Origin: Octopus vulgaris
Taxonomy: Eukaryota
DNA length: 64,000 bases
Assembly: GCA_951406725.2 (NCBI GenBank)
Contig: OX597814.1
Coordinates: 61,628,001-61,692,000, forward strand
Direction: 5' to 3'
Shown here: piece by piece, positions 26,400 through 40,231 of the stretch
Layout: each line of letters starts with the position of its first letter
Position numbering within the stretch: position 1 is the stretch's first letter
The notes under the pieces: generated by a model
Databases searched by the model: none
What the model saw: only the letters and a program-made list of their open reading frames with translations
What the model was told of the DNA's origin: nothing
Translations under genes and position numbers: made by a program

Positions 26400-28945
26400 A
26401 GAAAATACGCAGTTCCCAAAAGTGAGGAGGTTAATCCTTGGAAAGGAAACCTACGAAAAGAACACGGAAACCTCGGGCAATAATGTCACACAAATATACT
26501 TTTACAGTTAGTAATTCTCTTTTTCCTTTGTTTTTCTGGTCCATAGGATTATACTCAAGGTGGCTCCGCCATTCACATGTGCCATCCTTGCTACATTCAC
26601 CCATCTTTCATTGAAGCATTCGCTAGACAAAACTTCTCTCTCTACTCTCACCTTCCTTTTCAAGTGATACTTGAAGAAGTTGATGAGAGATTGACCAGAG
26701 ATTGATCACCACCCCCCAATGCCAAGTTCCTTAACTACCCTGTCAATGATATAGCACATCAGATGGAGGTTGTCATGGATGCTCCGGCCCGGCACAGTGC
26801 ACGTTTGCACCTTGTTGACCAGTTTCTCGATGACAAGCGCCAATCTTTTGGCTAACACCATGGCCAAAAATTTCAAATCTGCATTGAGCAGAGTGATGGG
26901 CCTAAAGTTATCTATTACGTCCCCCTTGTTTGGATCTTTCTTTAGCAACATTACAGCACCTCGGCTCACAAAACCGGAGATGCTCCCGTTTTGCTGCCAG
27001 TTGCAGTACACCGCTGCCAAGTCGTCTCCAAACAAGTCTGGCATACAACTGTAAAGCTCGTAGGGCAGATCATCCAAACCCGGCGATTTGTCTCTAGAGC
27101 ATTCTGCCATCGCGTCCCTCACGTCCGCCGCCGTGATGGCGCCTTCGCAACACTCTGCCTCTCTTACCGAGAGTCGTGGCTGGCTGTGCAGGTAGGCACT
27201 GAAGTTCATCCTGCACTCTCGCTCGCCACTCGTCCCGAACAGTCGGACAAAATGCTGCTTAAAGGTCTCACACATTTTACTGGGCTCGAGTAATTCGCGT
27301 CCCTGTTCATCCACCAGCGACCGAATGGTGGCTCTGTTGCCCTGTTGCGCCTCCGCCACCCGGGACTCTCACGCGGCTCCAACACCTTCGTTCCTTAGAG
27401 CGCGCATCCTAGCTCTGACAACACACCTTTCGTGTTTGGCGAGGGCCAACCTCGCCGCCAATACGTCGGATGCGATGCCGCTTCTAATCGCCTATTGTAG
27501 CTTCTTAACTAGGTCACCCTCTACTCTGTTTCTATCTATCGTTAGCGTTTTGCTATACCTAATCGCTTCGACTTTTATTCCTCTCTTGAAGGCAAACCAC
27601 CATTTGTTGATGATGGCTCCCGTCAAAGCCCTCTTTACTAGCGTGCTAATCCGGTGTCTGAAAACCTGTCACGACGAGAAAGACGCGTTCAGTTTCGAGT
27701 AACCGGGACCCTACCTATGTGTCTTACCTAAGTCTAGCGTACATGTCACAAGTTTGTGATCCGTGTAGCTGACTATGTGGAATTGTGGACATCCTACGCT
27801 ATCTCTATCTACTGTCCTACACAGTATCCTATCTAGATACGATCTCGACGACCCGATGCGGTTGCTCCATGTCCACGTTGGCGCATTCGGGTGGTCGAGT
27901 CGGTACCTATCAGACAGTTGAAAGCGTTTGAGTGGGTCTCTGAGGCATTTGCATCTCCGTCTATTCCTATCTCTGCCCACGTAGTCTAGATGCGTGTCCA
28001 AGGTAGCATTCCAATCCCCCACTAAAAGTAAAGAATGAGACGTTCCTAGGAATACATCTAGACGTCGAAAGAAGACCTGTTAAAGGCGGTGCGTAGACTG
28101 ATACGAGTCGAAAAACACACCAATTGCTGTTATTGACATCTAGGACAACCAGTCTACCCTCCGGGTCTACGAATATTGTCTTTACTTCGAGAACCAGACT
28201 CTCGCGAAAAAGTACCGCCGTGCCACTATCGTCCATTCTCGGCAGACAGAGAGGAAAATAAATGTTAAACTGTCTACCGAACATGGACTTTAGGGCCGGT
28301 GGGTTATGGAGTCTAGTCTCACAGCTATAATTTCTAACTCGAGTGACTTTATGTCATTTAAGAGGTACCCTTGTTTCCAAGGGGATCGCCAAGCCACGCG
28401 CATTCACACAAGCAATCCTAATCATAATCCTAATGGTGTATGTTTTAAAACACAAGCGAAAGGAAACGAGAGTTACTTACCGTTCGAAATTTTTGTCTCC
28501 TCCTTGATTTTTCATCAAGGAGCTTGTTGTAGAGTTTTTTAAACGAGCATTTTTGATATCCTCCTACCGCATTAGGATAGAGGGATTTTAGTGTGTGGTG
28601 CAAGGTCGGTGTGATGTGCTGTACTTTGATGTATTCTGGTGGTGTTGTGTGTGGGTGATTGCTTGTTTTGATGTCATCTTGGATTAAGTTTGTTTTTGAG
28701 TTGATGTATTCCATCAACTCTGTGTTTGTTGTGTTTATGACAGTGAGCATTGTTGCTGTATATTTTTGTGGTGTTGGTACTGTTTGTGTTAGAGTTCGAA
28801 ATGTTTTTTCGGGAGTTGCGTATCGTCCTGCTTTGTTTGCTTTTGTTCTTTTCTTGCTCCTCTTCCTTTTCTGCTATTCTTCACAGCTTTCGTCTTCCGA
28901 CGAAATTTCTGAGGAATCGGAAGGGGGCTAAGGGCATATTGTAAG
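26400..28945 (-). mobile_element. Second Tx1/L1-clade LINE, internally deleted, with putative ORF1 remnant
   Basis: EN (VSVYAP, GDWNA, SYLDRIL, YTDH) at about 28420-27711. RT N-half (KSPGLDDLP, NFRPITLLNAD) at 27359-26706 joins directly to a C-terminus (SLINFFKYHLKRK) homologous to that of the 20930 element. Basic ORF1-like sequence at about 28445-28940. Confidence 0.88.
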
Positions 28946-29224
28946 CGTCTATGTATATTTGTGTAAGTAGTTGTGTGGTTATTTTCGCTGTCAGGTGAAT
29001 GAAGTATTACTGTCTCTCACAAATTTTAATTAAAAAAATACAGCTTACAGAATATATTATTAATTATAAAAATTACAAAAATACAGAATTACAGCTCTTC
29101 GTGGCAGTGAATGCTGAAAGCATTGAAATGTTCTTGGCAAACGTGGATGTTACAATTCTTACATGTATTACGAGTTTTCCTGTCTTTTTTTTTGTGGTGG
29201 TGGTGGTGGTGGGGGTCACACAAA

Positions 29225-29333
29225 CTTAGCGTGCATGTACAGCATAGATCAAGGTCAATTTGTGCCGAGCCGCTTCACTCTGCGTTCTTTAGCTTCGTTA
29301 CTATGGCAACAGTCCGGATACTTATTGATCAGA

Positions 29334-29336
<3 letters not shown>
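29225..29336 (-). mobile_element. Solo mariner terminal fragment (same family as 18861)
   Basis: Reverse complement of 18864-18970, ending …TTATTGATCAGACC before (TA)n. Confidence 0.8.
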
Positions 29337-29373
<37 letters not shown>

Positions 29374-29737
29374 CACGTAAGTTAGGGGTTATGGATCCAA
29401 CCCACTAAGGGATAGTATTTATCCAATATATTGTTGGTATAGTACCCAAATTGTTAATACACAAATGTTTTTAATTGCAAAGCAATTAACTTTTTTATTG
29501 AATTAAACGGGTGAAGGTAAAGAAATATTTTACCATTAATTTATAATACAAATAAGAAAATGGAGAAACAATTTAGTTGGTTCATCAGCTTTTGGATATT
29601 AGAATATTGAATTATTTATTCATTTAACAAAAATGAGAACCTTAATAGCATACATATATACATTATAATTCAATACATAGAAGATAAGAATACAATTATA
29701 AAAATCATAATATAAATTATTGAAACCATTAAAATCG

Positions 29738-29867
29738 CTCTTTACAGCTGTTTCAGCCTATGGATAAAAGTAGCTTTTTTTACTTGCCTATAGTTGTCAA
29801 TTATATTGAGGTTGTAGGCATTTAAAAATAGGGTACTTATATATATAACCATAGGCCTCGTCAGAGA
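29738..29867 (-). ncRNA. Hammerhead motif with very long helix II in a (TA)n-adjacent insert
   Basis: Minus strand: CTGACGA|GGCCTATGG…CCATAGGCT|GAAA|CAGCTG|T|A. Palindromic helix III ACAGCTGT; helix I weak. Confidence 0.65.
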
Positions 29868-31663
29868 TTATAAAGAACTTTAAAAATATTAATACATGAA
29901 ACATGATACACGTATAATTTAATATATATATATAAATATGAACAAATATCCATATAGACTTACACATATACATATATACATACATAAGCAGAGTATATAT
30001 ACCTTTACATGTGTATAAATACATAAATAAACACAATTAAACAATAGGTCAAAGTAAATAGACCATTTGTCATAACCCATACGCATGGACTTGTATGTAT
30101 TAAGAAGAACTATTTTTAGCCTGAGTTTTCTGGCGAGGGCTTTATTTGCCTTCATTGCCTGCTATTTCAGTAGAAATCTACGGATGCACAAACGCACAAA
30201 ACAGAGAAAATGTAACAAATATGGATGACTTGTTCCGAAACACTCCCGAGTGGGGAAAAATTCTCAAAAATAACCCCAAATTGTTTCCTCCAAAAATCCC
30301 TGTATGTTCGGAATCTACAGAGTCCGAGGTATATTTGTAGACAATTTCATTAATAAATATCTATTTTCCTGAAAGTTAAGCGAATTGAAGAGGACAACTG
30401 TAATGATGTATACATATGTGTGTGTGTGTGTAAATAGCTGGTTACTTAGTTACTATGTTGACATTGACAAAACAGTTGAGTGAAAGTGTTAAGTCGATTT
30501 GCGCCAAGAATAATCACATGGGATTTAAATATGAAATATCAAGTTTTAATAAGGCGACTTGTTCCAAAGATGTCTGAAATATGTATTGGAAAATCAATGT
30601 ACAATATACAGTACTTCATTCAATTGAGAAAAAGTCGCCTATCTCCGCATGAAATTTCTTTCTGACATGAAAGTACTTTTAGAAATTCTTTTTTATTAGA
30701 AATCGTCAAAACTGTAATAATGTATGCATACATGTGTGTGTAAATAGCTAGTTAGGATGCCAAAGACAGGAAGTTCAAACACAGGAATTTGAGAAAACGA
30801 TTCGAAGAAGTGAGTCTTTATATAGAGAGCAATATTATTTATTTTTAATAAAAAAAATATGATAAATCAAGACTGTATTATTCTTTCCAAGGTCAAATTA
30901 TTCATGTACCCCAAGTATGGTACAGATTGATCCAGAGGTTTGAGCGTCATTGAGAACGCACACACAAAGACAGGATTATTTTATATATTAAGATTTGTTA
31001 CTTTTTAGCTTCAGGCAGAAAACAAATTAGAATATTGTATATTCCTCAAAGCATTACAAACGATATTTGCAAATATGTTATCGGTTACGAAAATATGTCA
31101 CCTCGGGAATTCATAAAAATTAGTGGAACATTTTGTAAAAACTGTTTTCCAAAAGAAAGATGTAAAATCAAAAGTATATTTTAGAATCGATATGTTTGTA
31201 TATCTTTATTTATTTATTTATTTATTATTTTGCGATATGTGCTGTAAAGTTCAGCTTGTAAGAATTTCTTGGTAGCTTCGATATAAGAATTATGAAGAAA
31301 ATAAAAGTAAATGACTAACATTACTGGATCTACTAAAGATTCTAAACAAGCTCTTAAAGCAATTAATCCAAAATATTGGTAATTCACGAGGTTATATTTA
31401 TTTGTATTAATTCACACAAGTGAGAATCGTGTACTGTTGATTATATGCATGTTATTATTCAGTTTTATTTCAAAATTTCTTGCCAGTAGAAAAGGAGCCG
31501 GTTTCTAACGTAGACCTAAGGCTCCTTCACTGGAATTTCAGCATCAACAACAAGCTATGCATGTATGCATGTATGTATGTGCGTATGTATGTATGTATAT
31601 ATGTATGCATGCATGCATGTATGTATGTATGTATGTATGTATGTATGTATGTATGTATGTATG

Positions 31664-31695
<32 letters not shown>

Positions 31696-33725
31696 CGTGC
31701 AAATTTGTATGTTTTGTTTTATGTATGTCTTCTCATAAATATTCTTACATATCTAGACACGCTCATATATAATTAAATGATAAATTTCTGGAAAGTTTTA
31801 CAGATTTTTACAGTTCCGGTGATGGCTTGGATCTGTAGTCTTTGAATCAGTTTTCCCCTTTCTGGTTTTGTAAAGCCTAATTTCTCAAGATTGGTATTTA
31901 GGTATTATGTTACATATGTATGTATGTGTGAATGTATAGACGAATGGATGGATGGATGGATGGCTGACAGTGTTTAAGGAACGTTACCAGGACACTTGGA
32001 AAGCAGAACTCAAGAAAAGAAGTCCGAAAGTCAAGATATTTAATCACTTATATGACAAACGAGATCACAGTCTTGGATTATACATATATAAAGTGTGTGT
32101 GTGTGTATGTATGTATGTATCTATATATGTATGTATGCATGTATGTATGTATGTATGTATGTATGTATGTATGCATGCATGCATGCATGCATGTATGTAT
32201 GTATGTATGTATGTATGTATGTATGTATGTATGTATGTATGTATGTATGTATGCATGCATGCATGTATGTATGTATGTATGAATATATGTATGCATGTGT
32301 AAGTGTATGCATGTATACATGTATGTAAGTAGATATATATGCATGCATGTGCGTGTGTGTATATATCTATGTATATGTATGATGATGGTGCGTGGCTTAG
32401 TGACTAGAGTGGTCTCTTCCTAATGTATTTACTCACCATGATGTTAAAGAGAAATTATTGAAAATTAGTCATTACTTATTCAGCCCTACTTTAGGCATTA
32501 TTATTTGAAAATTGAAAAATATCAAATTAGACATTAGAGTGGGGAAAAATTGACTTGGAATCCAACAGAGAAAAGAATTTTGATTGTTAAACATCAAAAA
32601 TTATCCAGATGGTTTATTAGAAACCTCTATTACATCCGGGTCAAATTTGAAGAAAAATGTCTTGAAACCAAAGTAGCTGTCAGCTGACTATATCTCAAAC
32701 TCTCTGAATTTCAACAACTATGCTGAGCAATTTTTACTCCCGAAGATGATGTAACAATGCAAAATGAAGATGCAATTCTTGCAATACAACAGTTTCAAAT
32801 AAACAAGAAGAAACTATTAAAAAATCAGAAATTACTCATTTTGGCCCACTTACACAATTCCCCCTATATAAACCATAAAAAAGTCAGGAGGTATGAGAAG
32901 TGAATACGTTTATTTCACCACCTGTCATTCGAAGGACATTATTACTCGTAAACCATACTAAGACCTCCAAGTTGTAGTTTCTGAAACCCTGAAGCTTACC
33001 CACTTGATCAGACGTGTTTGAGAAACGCAGTTGTGCATGAAACCAAAGTTACAGACAACGTAACTGAGAAGATGAACTTCATCGATTTTTGCGAAGGCAA
33101 TTTTAAAAGCCATTATGCAAACTACCTGTCTTCTTTCCGACGCTGACAAAAAGAAGGCCACTAAATTGGGGTTAGGGATCTGAAGACCAAGTGCTCACTA
33201 CATACAATCAAGTGGGGAATCGTAGAGAAATCTACGCCATGTATAAATGGATAAAATGGATAAAACAGATGCAAGTTATGCGTAGCTGAAAGATCGCACA
33301 TTCTTTTTAGGTTCAAGAATTACACCACACTATTTAATTCTAGATCTGAAATTTTTAGCAAATGCAAGGACATGGACAGGTTTCTTTTGTCGAACTGGAG
33401 GGCATCATCCGCTCCAGATTGAGTAGCTATCTCACAGACTTTGGCTTCCTTTCTGTTATATTAATTTGTACCAGTTACATTAATTATGGTTTCTACAATC
33501 AAAGAGAACGGTTTTCTTATATTCTTTCTTCCTTCTCGTTCCAGTTTTCGCATCGACCTTCCAAGCATTCTTTTCTCGTGTGTTCTTATAGACCAGAGTC
33601 CTGCTTTTTTAAAATATTTCTAACGTTATGAACTGAGCATGAAAGACTGCTTGGAGATACATGGATATTATATGAATCTGCCAATTTACTGAATCTGAAA
33701 GCACGAAACTATTAGCTCTTTTGTA

Positions 33726-33790
<65 letters not shown>

Positions 33791-33794
<4 letters not shown>

Positions 33795-34304
33795 TCATAA
33801 ATAAGGATAATATCGATATTTAAATATCGATGTTATCAAGTGGCCAGCATGGAAAAAATACCATACAAAGGTAATAATTTTTTACAACTAAAAATAAAGG
33901 TGTCTGAGAGACACCACCATGCCGAAATAGCAGTCAAATCCCTGACTCTAAAAACCACGTTAAATGTTCATATCGTACCATGAGATAAGACAGAGGGACA
34001 AAATAGACTAGCAAAAAATATTATTGAATAATTCAAGATCCAGGATTTCTAGCTTTGCTTTAAATAAGCTTTGCCGTCATCGGTTGAATGTGTCTAAGTA
34101 CATAAATACAGACATATATATGCAGAACAAACGTTATACTTACATATACGAACGTCCATACATACATATATATGCACGTATGTACAAGGCCAGTTAAATT
34201 GCCCGCCAAACACCTCATAAGCACGATATGGTCAAAATAAATACCGCAGTGAATATAGTGAATATATAAATTTATAAATAAGGATAATATCGATATTTAA
34301 ATAT
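33791..34304 (-). mobile_element. Small non-coding HHR-bearing element with ~37-bp direct terminal repeats
   Basis: AAATTYATAAATAAGGATAATATCGATATTTAAATAT at 33791 and 34268 (period 477 bp); (TA)n flanks. Confidence 0.7.
34031..34089 (-). ncRNA. Type-I hammerhead motif (U4C core)
   Basis: Minus strand: ATTCAA|CCGATGA|CGGCAAAGCTTATTTAAAGCAAAGCTA|GAAA|TCCTGGA|T|C|TTGAAT. 6-bp helix I, AUC triplet. Confidence 0.75.
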
Positions 34305-34334
34305 TAGTTATATATATATATATATGTATGTATA

Positions 34335-34370
<36 letters not shown>

Positions 34371-34566
34371 TGTATGTATGTATGTATGTATGTATGTATG
34401 TATGTATGTATCTATGTATGTATGTATGTATGCATATATATATATGTGAAACATAAAACGTTTTGGATAGTGTATTATAATAGTATATTGATAATGATGA
34501 TAAAGTTAACCACAAGAATTAAAAGAATCAACAGTTCCTTAGTTTATTTGTATACAAGTACAAAAA

Positions 34567-34632
<66 letters not shown>

Positions 34633-34637
<5 letters not shown>

Positions 34638-34913
34638 TGAAAATAGAACTGGGATTTGTTTAGGTCATTTTATTAAAAAATTTTAAAGACCTAACTCGTT
34701 TCAAAGATTTTTCTGATTGAGATAACAGGCTGAGATAACTGACTTGCTTCCGCAAGATAGTTGCAATATAGCAGAGGAAAGACAGTTGCAGCATTGCCCA
34801 ACGCCTTTTATCTCAACTTTTGAAAATCAAAGAGATCTGTGAAACCTGTTAAGTCTTTAAAAAATTTAAAAATATAAAATAATCTAAACGAATCCCAGGG
34901 CATTTTCAACTTT
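34633..34913. repeat. Old imperfect fold-back element between (TA)n and (CA)n
   Basis: AAAGTTGAAAAT…CTGGGATTTGTTTAG at the left versus CTAAACGAATCCCAG…ATTTTCAACTTT at the right, with diverged arms of about 100 bp. Confidence 0.7.
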
Positions 34914-34939
34914 TTTATACATACACACGCGCACACTTA

Positions 34940-35028
<89 letters not shown>

Positions 35029-35420
35029 ACACAAAGTTTCTGGACGCTGCTGTCTTATGAAGTTCCCTATATTGTCATTAAAGGCATGAAGTGGGAGTAA
35101 TAAACAGTCCGACAGCCGATGAAGAGTTCTTTTAGTATTTTGTTCTGTACTTTTCTCTCGTGTGTTTACGTATTTTTCACTCGTTGGAGATATCCTGTAC
35201 ACACTGTCTATTTTTCATTATATATATTGTTGTATTATTTGGGGATGGTCACGTTGCCAATTTGACCAATGAAAATACATGCTCTATATATTTGATGTTC
35301 ACCTGTTTTAGCTTTAATCGTATTTCGGCCAGAGTTCTTTCGTGACCATCCCCAAAATACAACAATATCTGTTTCAACACACGAATTTACATCAAGAATC
35401 TTGCAAAACGAATATATAAA

Positions 35421-35519
<99 letters not shown>

Positions 35520-36905
35520 TTATACCGAATGGGAAATGGAATAATTATGTACATCTCCAGCTTTCTTAGACATGTTGGTAGTTCGTTTTTAACGACCATA
35601 AATGCTTAAGACTCTAGGTATATAATTTACAGTTAATTCGTTTAGCTATTAAGTTTGTTGATAAGAAAAACCTTTAAAGTAATGTATAATGTCGAAATAA
35701 GCTCATCAGGAAATAAGCATTTACTGGTTAGCGTTAGATATATGCATATGAGTCAGCATTATCAGATATTTCAGTGTACATATTAATGAACTGTCGGGAC
35801 ACCGTATTATTTTAAGCCACCATAACATACTACAAAAATATTAATCGTTTTTATAAGCCAACACTGTGTTCTACCGCGTTAGCTCTATGGAAATTGTAGC
35901 CAGCATTGATTTTGTTACGAAGTTTCGTATACGAGACACCTAATGTAAACAACAATAAGATCGAAGATGAAAAATCGGTATTGAATGTCTATGACATATT
36001 TCAGGAATATTTTCTCCTTCATCAGTACCCATCCAACCCATTAATTATCCACGGACTCATTGCTTAAAGGGCCACTAAATATAGCGGTGTAACGTTATTG
36101 GATATACCATTTTTACATATTAAACACATTAATTGCAGTATTCGTCTTGAGGTGTATAATACATACATTTTCCTGACTTTTAACACTGTAGTCTTATAAG
36201 CCATAAAAATATACTATTTGCAGATGATCTCGTCTAGCAGCAATGACTGTTCGCTACTGACGAGCTCAAAGAGACACACATGTGCAAGTGATACCACCAC
36301 TGGTGCTGGACGAGCTTTGCTTGTTATTGATATATTTATGTGTTTTTTAATACTGTACATCTATATGAGATTTTATCTCGGACCGAATACTACAGTTAAC
36401 CTGGTTTTCTGTGATGTATATGCATTAAGTATGATACACAGATTGCTATTTTACACTAATATAGTTTCTGATGCACATTACGGATATGTATGTGTGCATG
36501 CATGTGTGAACACACACACACATATATATAAAGATATACATATATATATGTGTATATGTGTATGTATGTGTGTGTATGCATGTGCTTTTGAGTGCATTTC
36601 TGTGTATGTTTGTGCAGTGTATACTTACAAAATTACACAGGACTATATACTTACAGACATACACACACAAATGTATATATCATATATATTTAAGAAGTTG
36701 CGCTGTCCTTTGAAGAGTAGCCAACAAAGTATGGAACATATCAAGGCCATCTCTTAATAGCTCTTCATGCGAAGAGAACAAGACGTATTCACATTTGTTC
36801 ACATTCTACAGTGTATGCGTTACTTTAGTGTAACTGCATTACTTCTGAATATCCTTGTTACTTATTTTGATGTTACACACATACATACATACATACATAC
36901 ATACA

Positions 36906-36984
<79 letters not shown>

Positions 36985-37431
36985 ATCATAAGGGCATGCA
37001 AGGAACCTACCTGCTAGAAAGAAGAGTTAAAACCCTTATTTAAACCATCAATAACACTGAAAAATTCAACAGAAAAACAACAGTGAGCGGGTGAACGAGT
37101 TAAATAATTTGACACACCAAATACAGCTCAATGCTAAATATTTTGGTATTCAAATTTTAATTCCATAGCTATCTAATCATATTTAAGGTCTGCAACCACC
37201 TATATTGTTGTTGTTATTATCAACTATTTATATTTACCGCAGATAATAATAACAATAATGATATCAATATAAATATTCACTTCTGAATATTTAGTCCTTA
37301 TATACGTATACATATACATATACGGGTGCATGTGTCTGTGTGTATGTATGTATGTATGTATGTATGTATGTATGTATGTATGTATGTATGTATGTATGTA
37401 TGTATATATATATATATATATATATGCTTGT

Positions 37432-37735
37432 TGAAGACGCATGGCTTAGTGGTTAAGGTGTTGCACTTAAGATCTAGCGATCGTGATTTCAATTCCTAGG
37501 TTGGGCGGTGTGTTGTGCTCTTGAGAAAAACACTTCAGATCACGTTGTTTTGCGATCACTTCAATACCTGGCGCGTGGTACACAGTGCACCTACTCAGAA
37601 TACATCGATTTGATGGAATGAGTGAGTTAAAGCGTGGCACAAGCATTTGATCATTACAAACAACTCATTTGTGCAGGTCGTTCGGCGAAAGCTGAACGGA
37701 CATGCGTCGTCTTCGACGGGAGAGTCCATCATCCA
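37432..37735 (+). mobile_element. tRNA-derived SINE with RTE-like tail
   Basis: A box TGGCTTAGTGG. Tail 37707-37732 matches the RTE 3' end at 59895-59920 (22/26). Confidence 0.78.
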
Positions 37736-37742
37736 CATTAAT

Positions 37743-38082
<340 letters not shown>

Positions 38083-38941
38083 TGTATGTATTTGTGCGCG
38101 TACGCGTGTGTCTATGGGTTTGTGTGTATGCATATATGTGAGGGAACATAAACCCATACTGAAAATGTAGCTGAGAGAAAAGACAGGAAGAAATATAAAG
38201 TGCAAGAATAAAAAACTAGAAGAATAAAATTAGTTTTACCATGTCATCTATTCTTTTGTCACGATCAACCTATCAGTAGAATTGAATGTCTTGGAAGAAC
38301 CGGGATTGTAATTCAGAGAGATAGCAGACGTTAAAACATTGTATATCGAGAAACAGGAAAATATAGCACAGTCTAAATCAGTAGTTATTGAACATCAAGA
38401 TGTAGATATAAAAAAAATGTAATCAGAAGCCCTAAAGATAAAAAAGGTTACATTGTGTGTGACGCAAAATCATAAATATTGTTCCAATACAAAAACCTAT
38501 ATTTGAATGAAAGATGGTTCAAAAGAGTGTTGGGAAATTGATATGGAGGAGTATTGCACTTATGCTTATTTTCTGGAAAGAAGTGTTTTGGTTTTGTTGC
38601 ACGCCATTTCCATGAAATGCTAATCAACCTTCATTGGAAGAAGAAAATGTATTCAATTATAGAAAACTACTAGAAAGACTTAACAGCCATAGAAAATCCT
38701 CTATTACTCGTTCATCCACAAGGAAAGAAGTCAATGGAAATGTTTGCGAAAATAAAAGAATCATTGACATAGAACTTTAAATTCAAATTGCAACGGAAAA
38801 AGAAAAAAAATAGCGAGATCTCCTTTAGAGGTTTCTCTGCTATTTAGCATTTTTTTTCAGCACAAAATCTTGCATTTCGTGTTCACAAGAAATCCAATAG
38901 GGAACTCAATATTGGAATATATATATATATATATATATATA

Positions 38942-39577
38942 CTAGCAGTATCGCCCGGCGTTGCTCGGGTTTGTAAGGGAAATAACTATATAAGCATTTT
39001 TAGAGAGTTATAGCCAAAAAATAGCAAAAAATGCATTAAAAATGGAAAAAATATTATGGTAATTTTTTTTTTAAATCGTTGACTCATCGTAGACATTTTT
39101 AGAGAGTTACTTCCCTTATATAATAGCGAAAAAATGCATTAAAATGGAAAAAAACGATGGTAAATTTTTTTTTAAATCGTAGACTCATGTAGACGCTTTC
39201 TTAGCCATTTCTGTTTTGGTGTCTTCAAGCCATAAAGTCGTTGTTCTAAAAGAACACTGGTCTCCTTGACAACGCATTACGACGTTGATTTCCTTACACT
39301 CCCTTCCCCACAGGTGCAGGTGTGAGCGTGGACGCCAACTCCGCCGCCATCGACACACGAAAAATTATGCATTAAAATGGAATAAAAAATGATGTTAAAT
39401 TATTTTTAAAATCGTAGACTCATCGTAGACGCGCGCTAATATTCAGACGGGCTCGATATGAATCACGACTATAAGCTACCCGAATTTGGTTAAACTGTAC
39501 CGCAAAATGTGGGAGTAGTTAGGAATCTAAATCGAAGGGGACAGACACTCACACAACTACAGTTTTATATATATAGA
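38942..39577 (-). mobile_element. Complete non-autonomous Helitron
   Basis: On the minus strand: 5' TC at 39577, 3' CTAG at 38945-38942, subterminal hairpin CCCGAGCAACGCCGGG (38954-38969). Inserted at A|T, no TSD; internal subrepeats. Confidence 0.85.
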
Positions 39578-39699
39578 TATACATAGCGCAGTAGTGGTGA
39601 GATATGACAGCAAAGAAAAGCATACATTCAGTCTCTGCATGCAATTAGACTCGGAAAGTTCGTGAGGAACCCATTGACCCAATTTGCTGACTTTTCCGA

Positions 39700-39960
39700 T
39701 AGCACACAGGTGTCAATGAATGGTTGAATGACCAAATCCAAGCTTCTCTGCTAGTTCCTCAACAGTTACGATGATATTTTGTTCCACCAGGGTTTTCAGG
39801 ATGTCCTTGTCGAGTTCTACAGATCTTTCAGGATGAGGCTCGTCTTCTAGGCTGTAGTTTATGGCTCGGGATTTCTGGAACCACCATTGACACTGCCTTA
39901 CGCTTATTGTCCAATCCCCATATACTGCATTAATATTTCTTGTACTTTGCACACATTTAT
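39700..39960 (-). pseudogene. Mariner transposase N-terminal HTH fragment
   Basis: AVYGDWTISVRQCQWWFQK…LEDEPHPER…TVEELAEKLGFGHSTI. Confidence 0.78.
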
Positions 39961-40200
39961 ATTCTGTTATTCTTTTATATGTTTCAGCCTTGTAGGTTGT
40001 GGCCATGCTGGATCATGTGTGTGTGTGTGTGTGTGTGTGTCTATCTGTCTGTCTGTCTGTATGTATATATGTATATGTATGTGTGTGAACAATAATATTT
40101 TCAACAGATGTGTTGCAAATGTATCTGATTGTTCTCAAGCTTCAATACTGTGTGTGTGTGTATGTGTGTGTGTGTATGTATGTATGTATATATATGTATG

Positions 40201-40231
<31 letters not shown>

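Noticed and set aside
32400-33720. Coding-looking stretch with short ORFs
   Set aside because: No recognisable motif or splice pattern; probably an old transposon, left uncalled.
36254-36290. CTGACGAGCTCAAAGAG…CACATGTG, HHR-like
   Set aside because: The GAAA core is missing and helix I is absent; not counted, though it may be a decayed copy.
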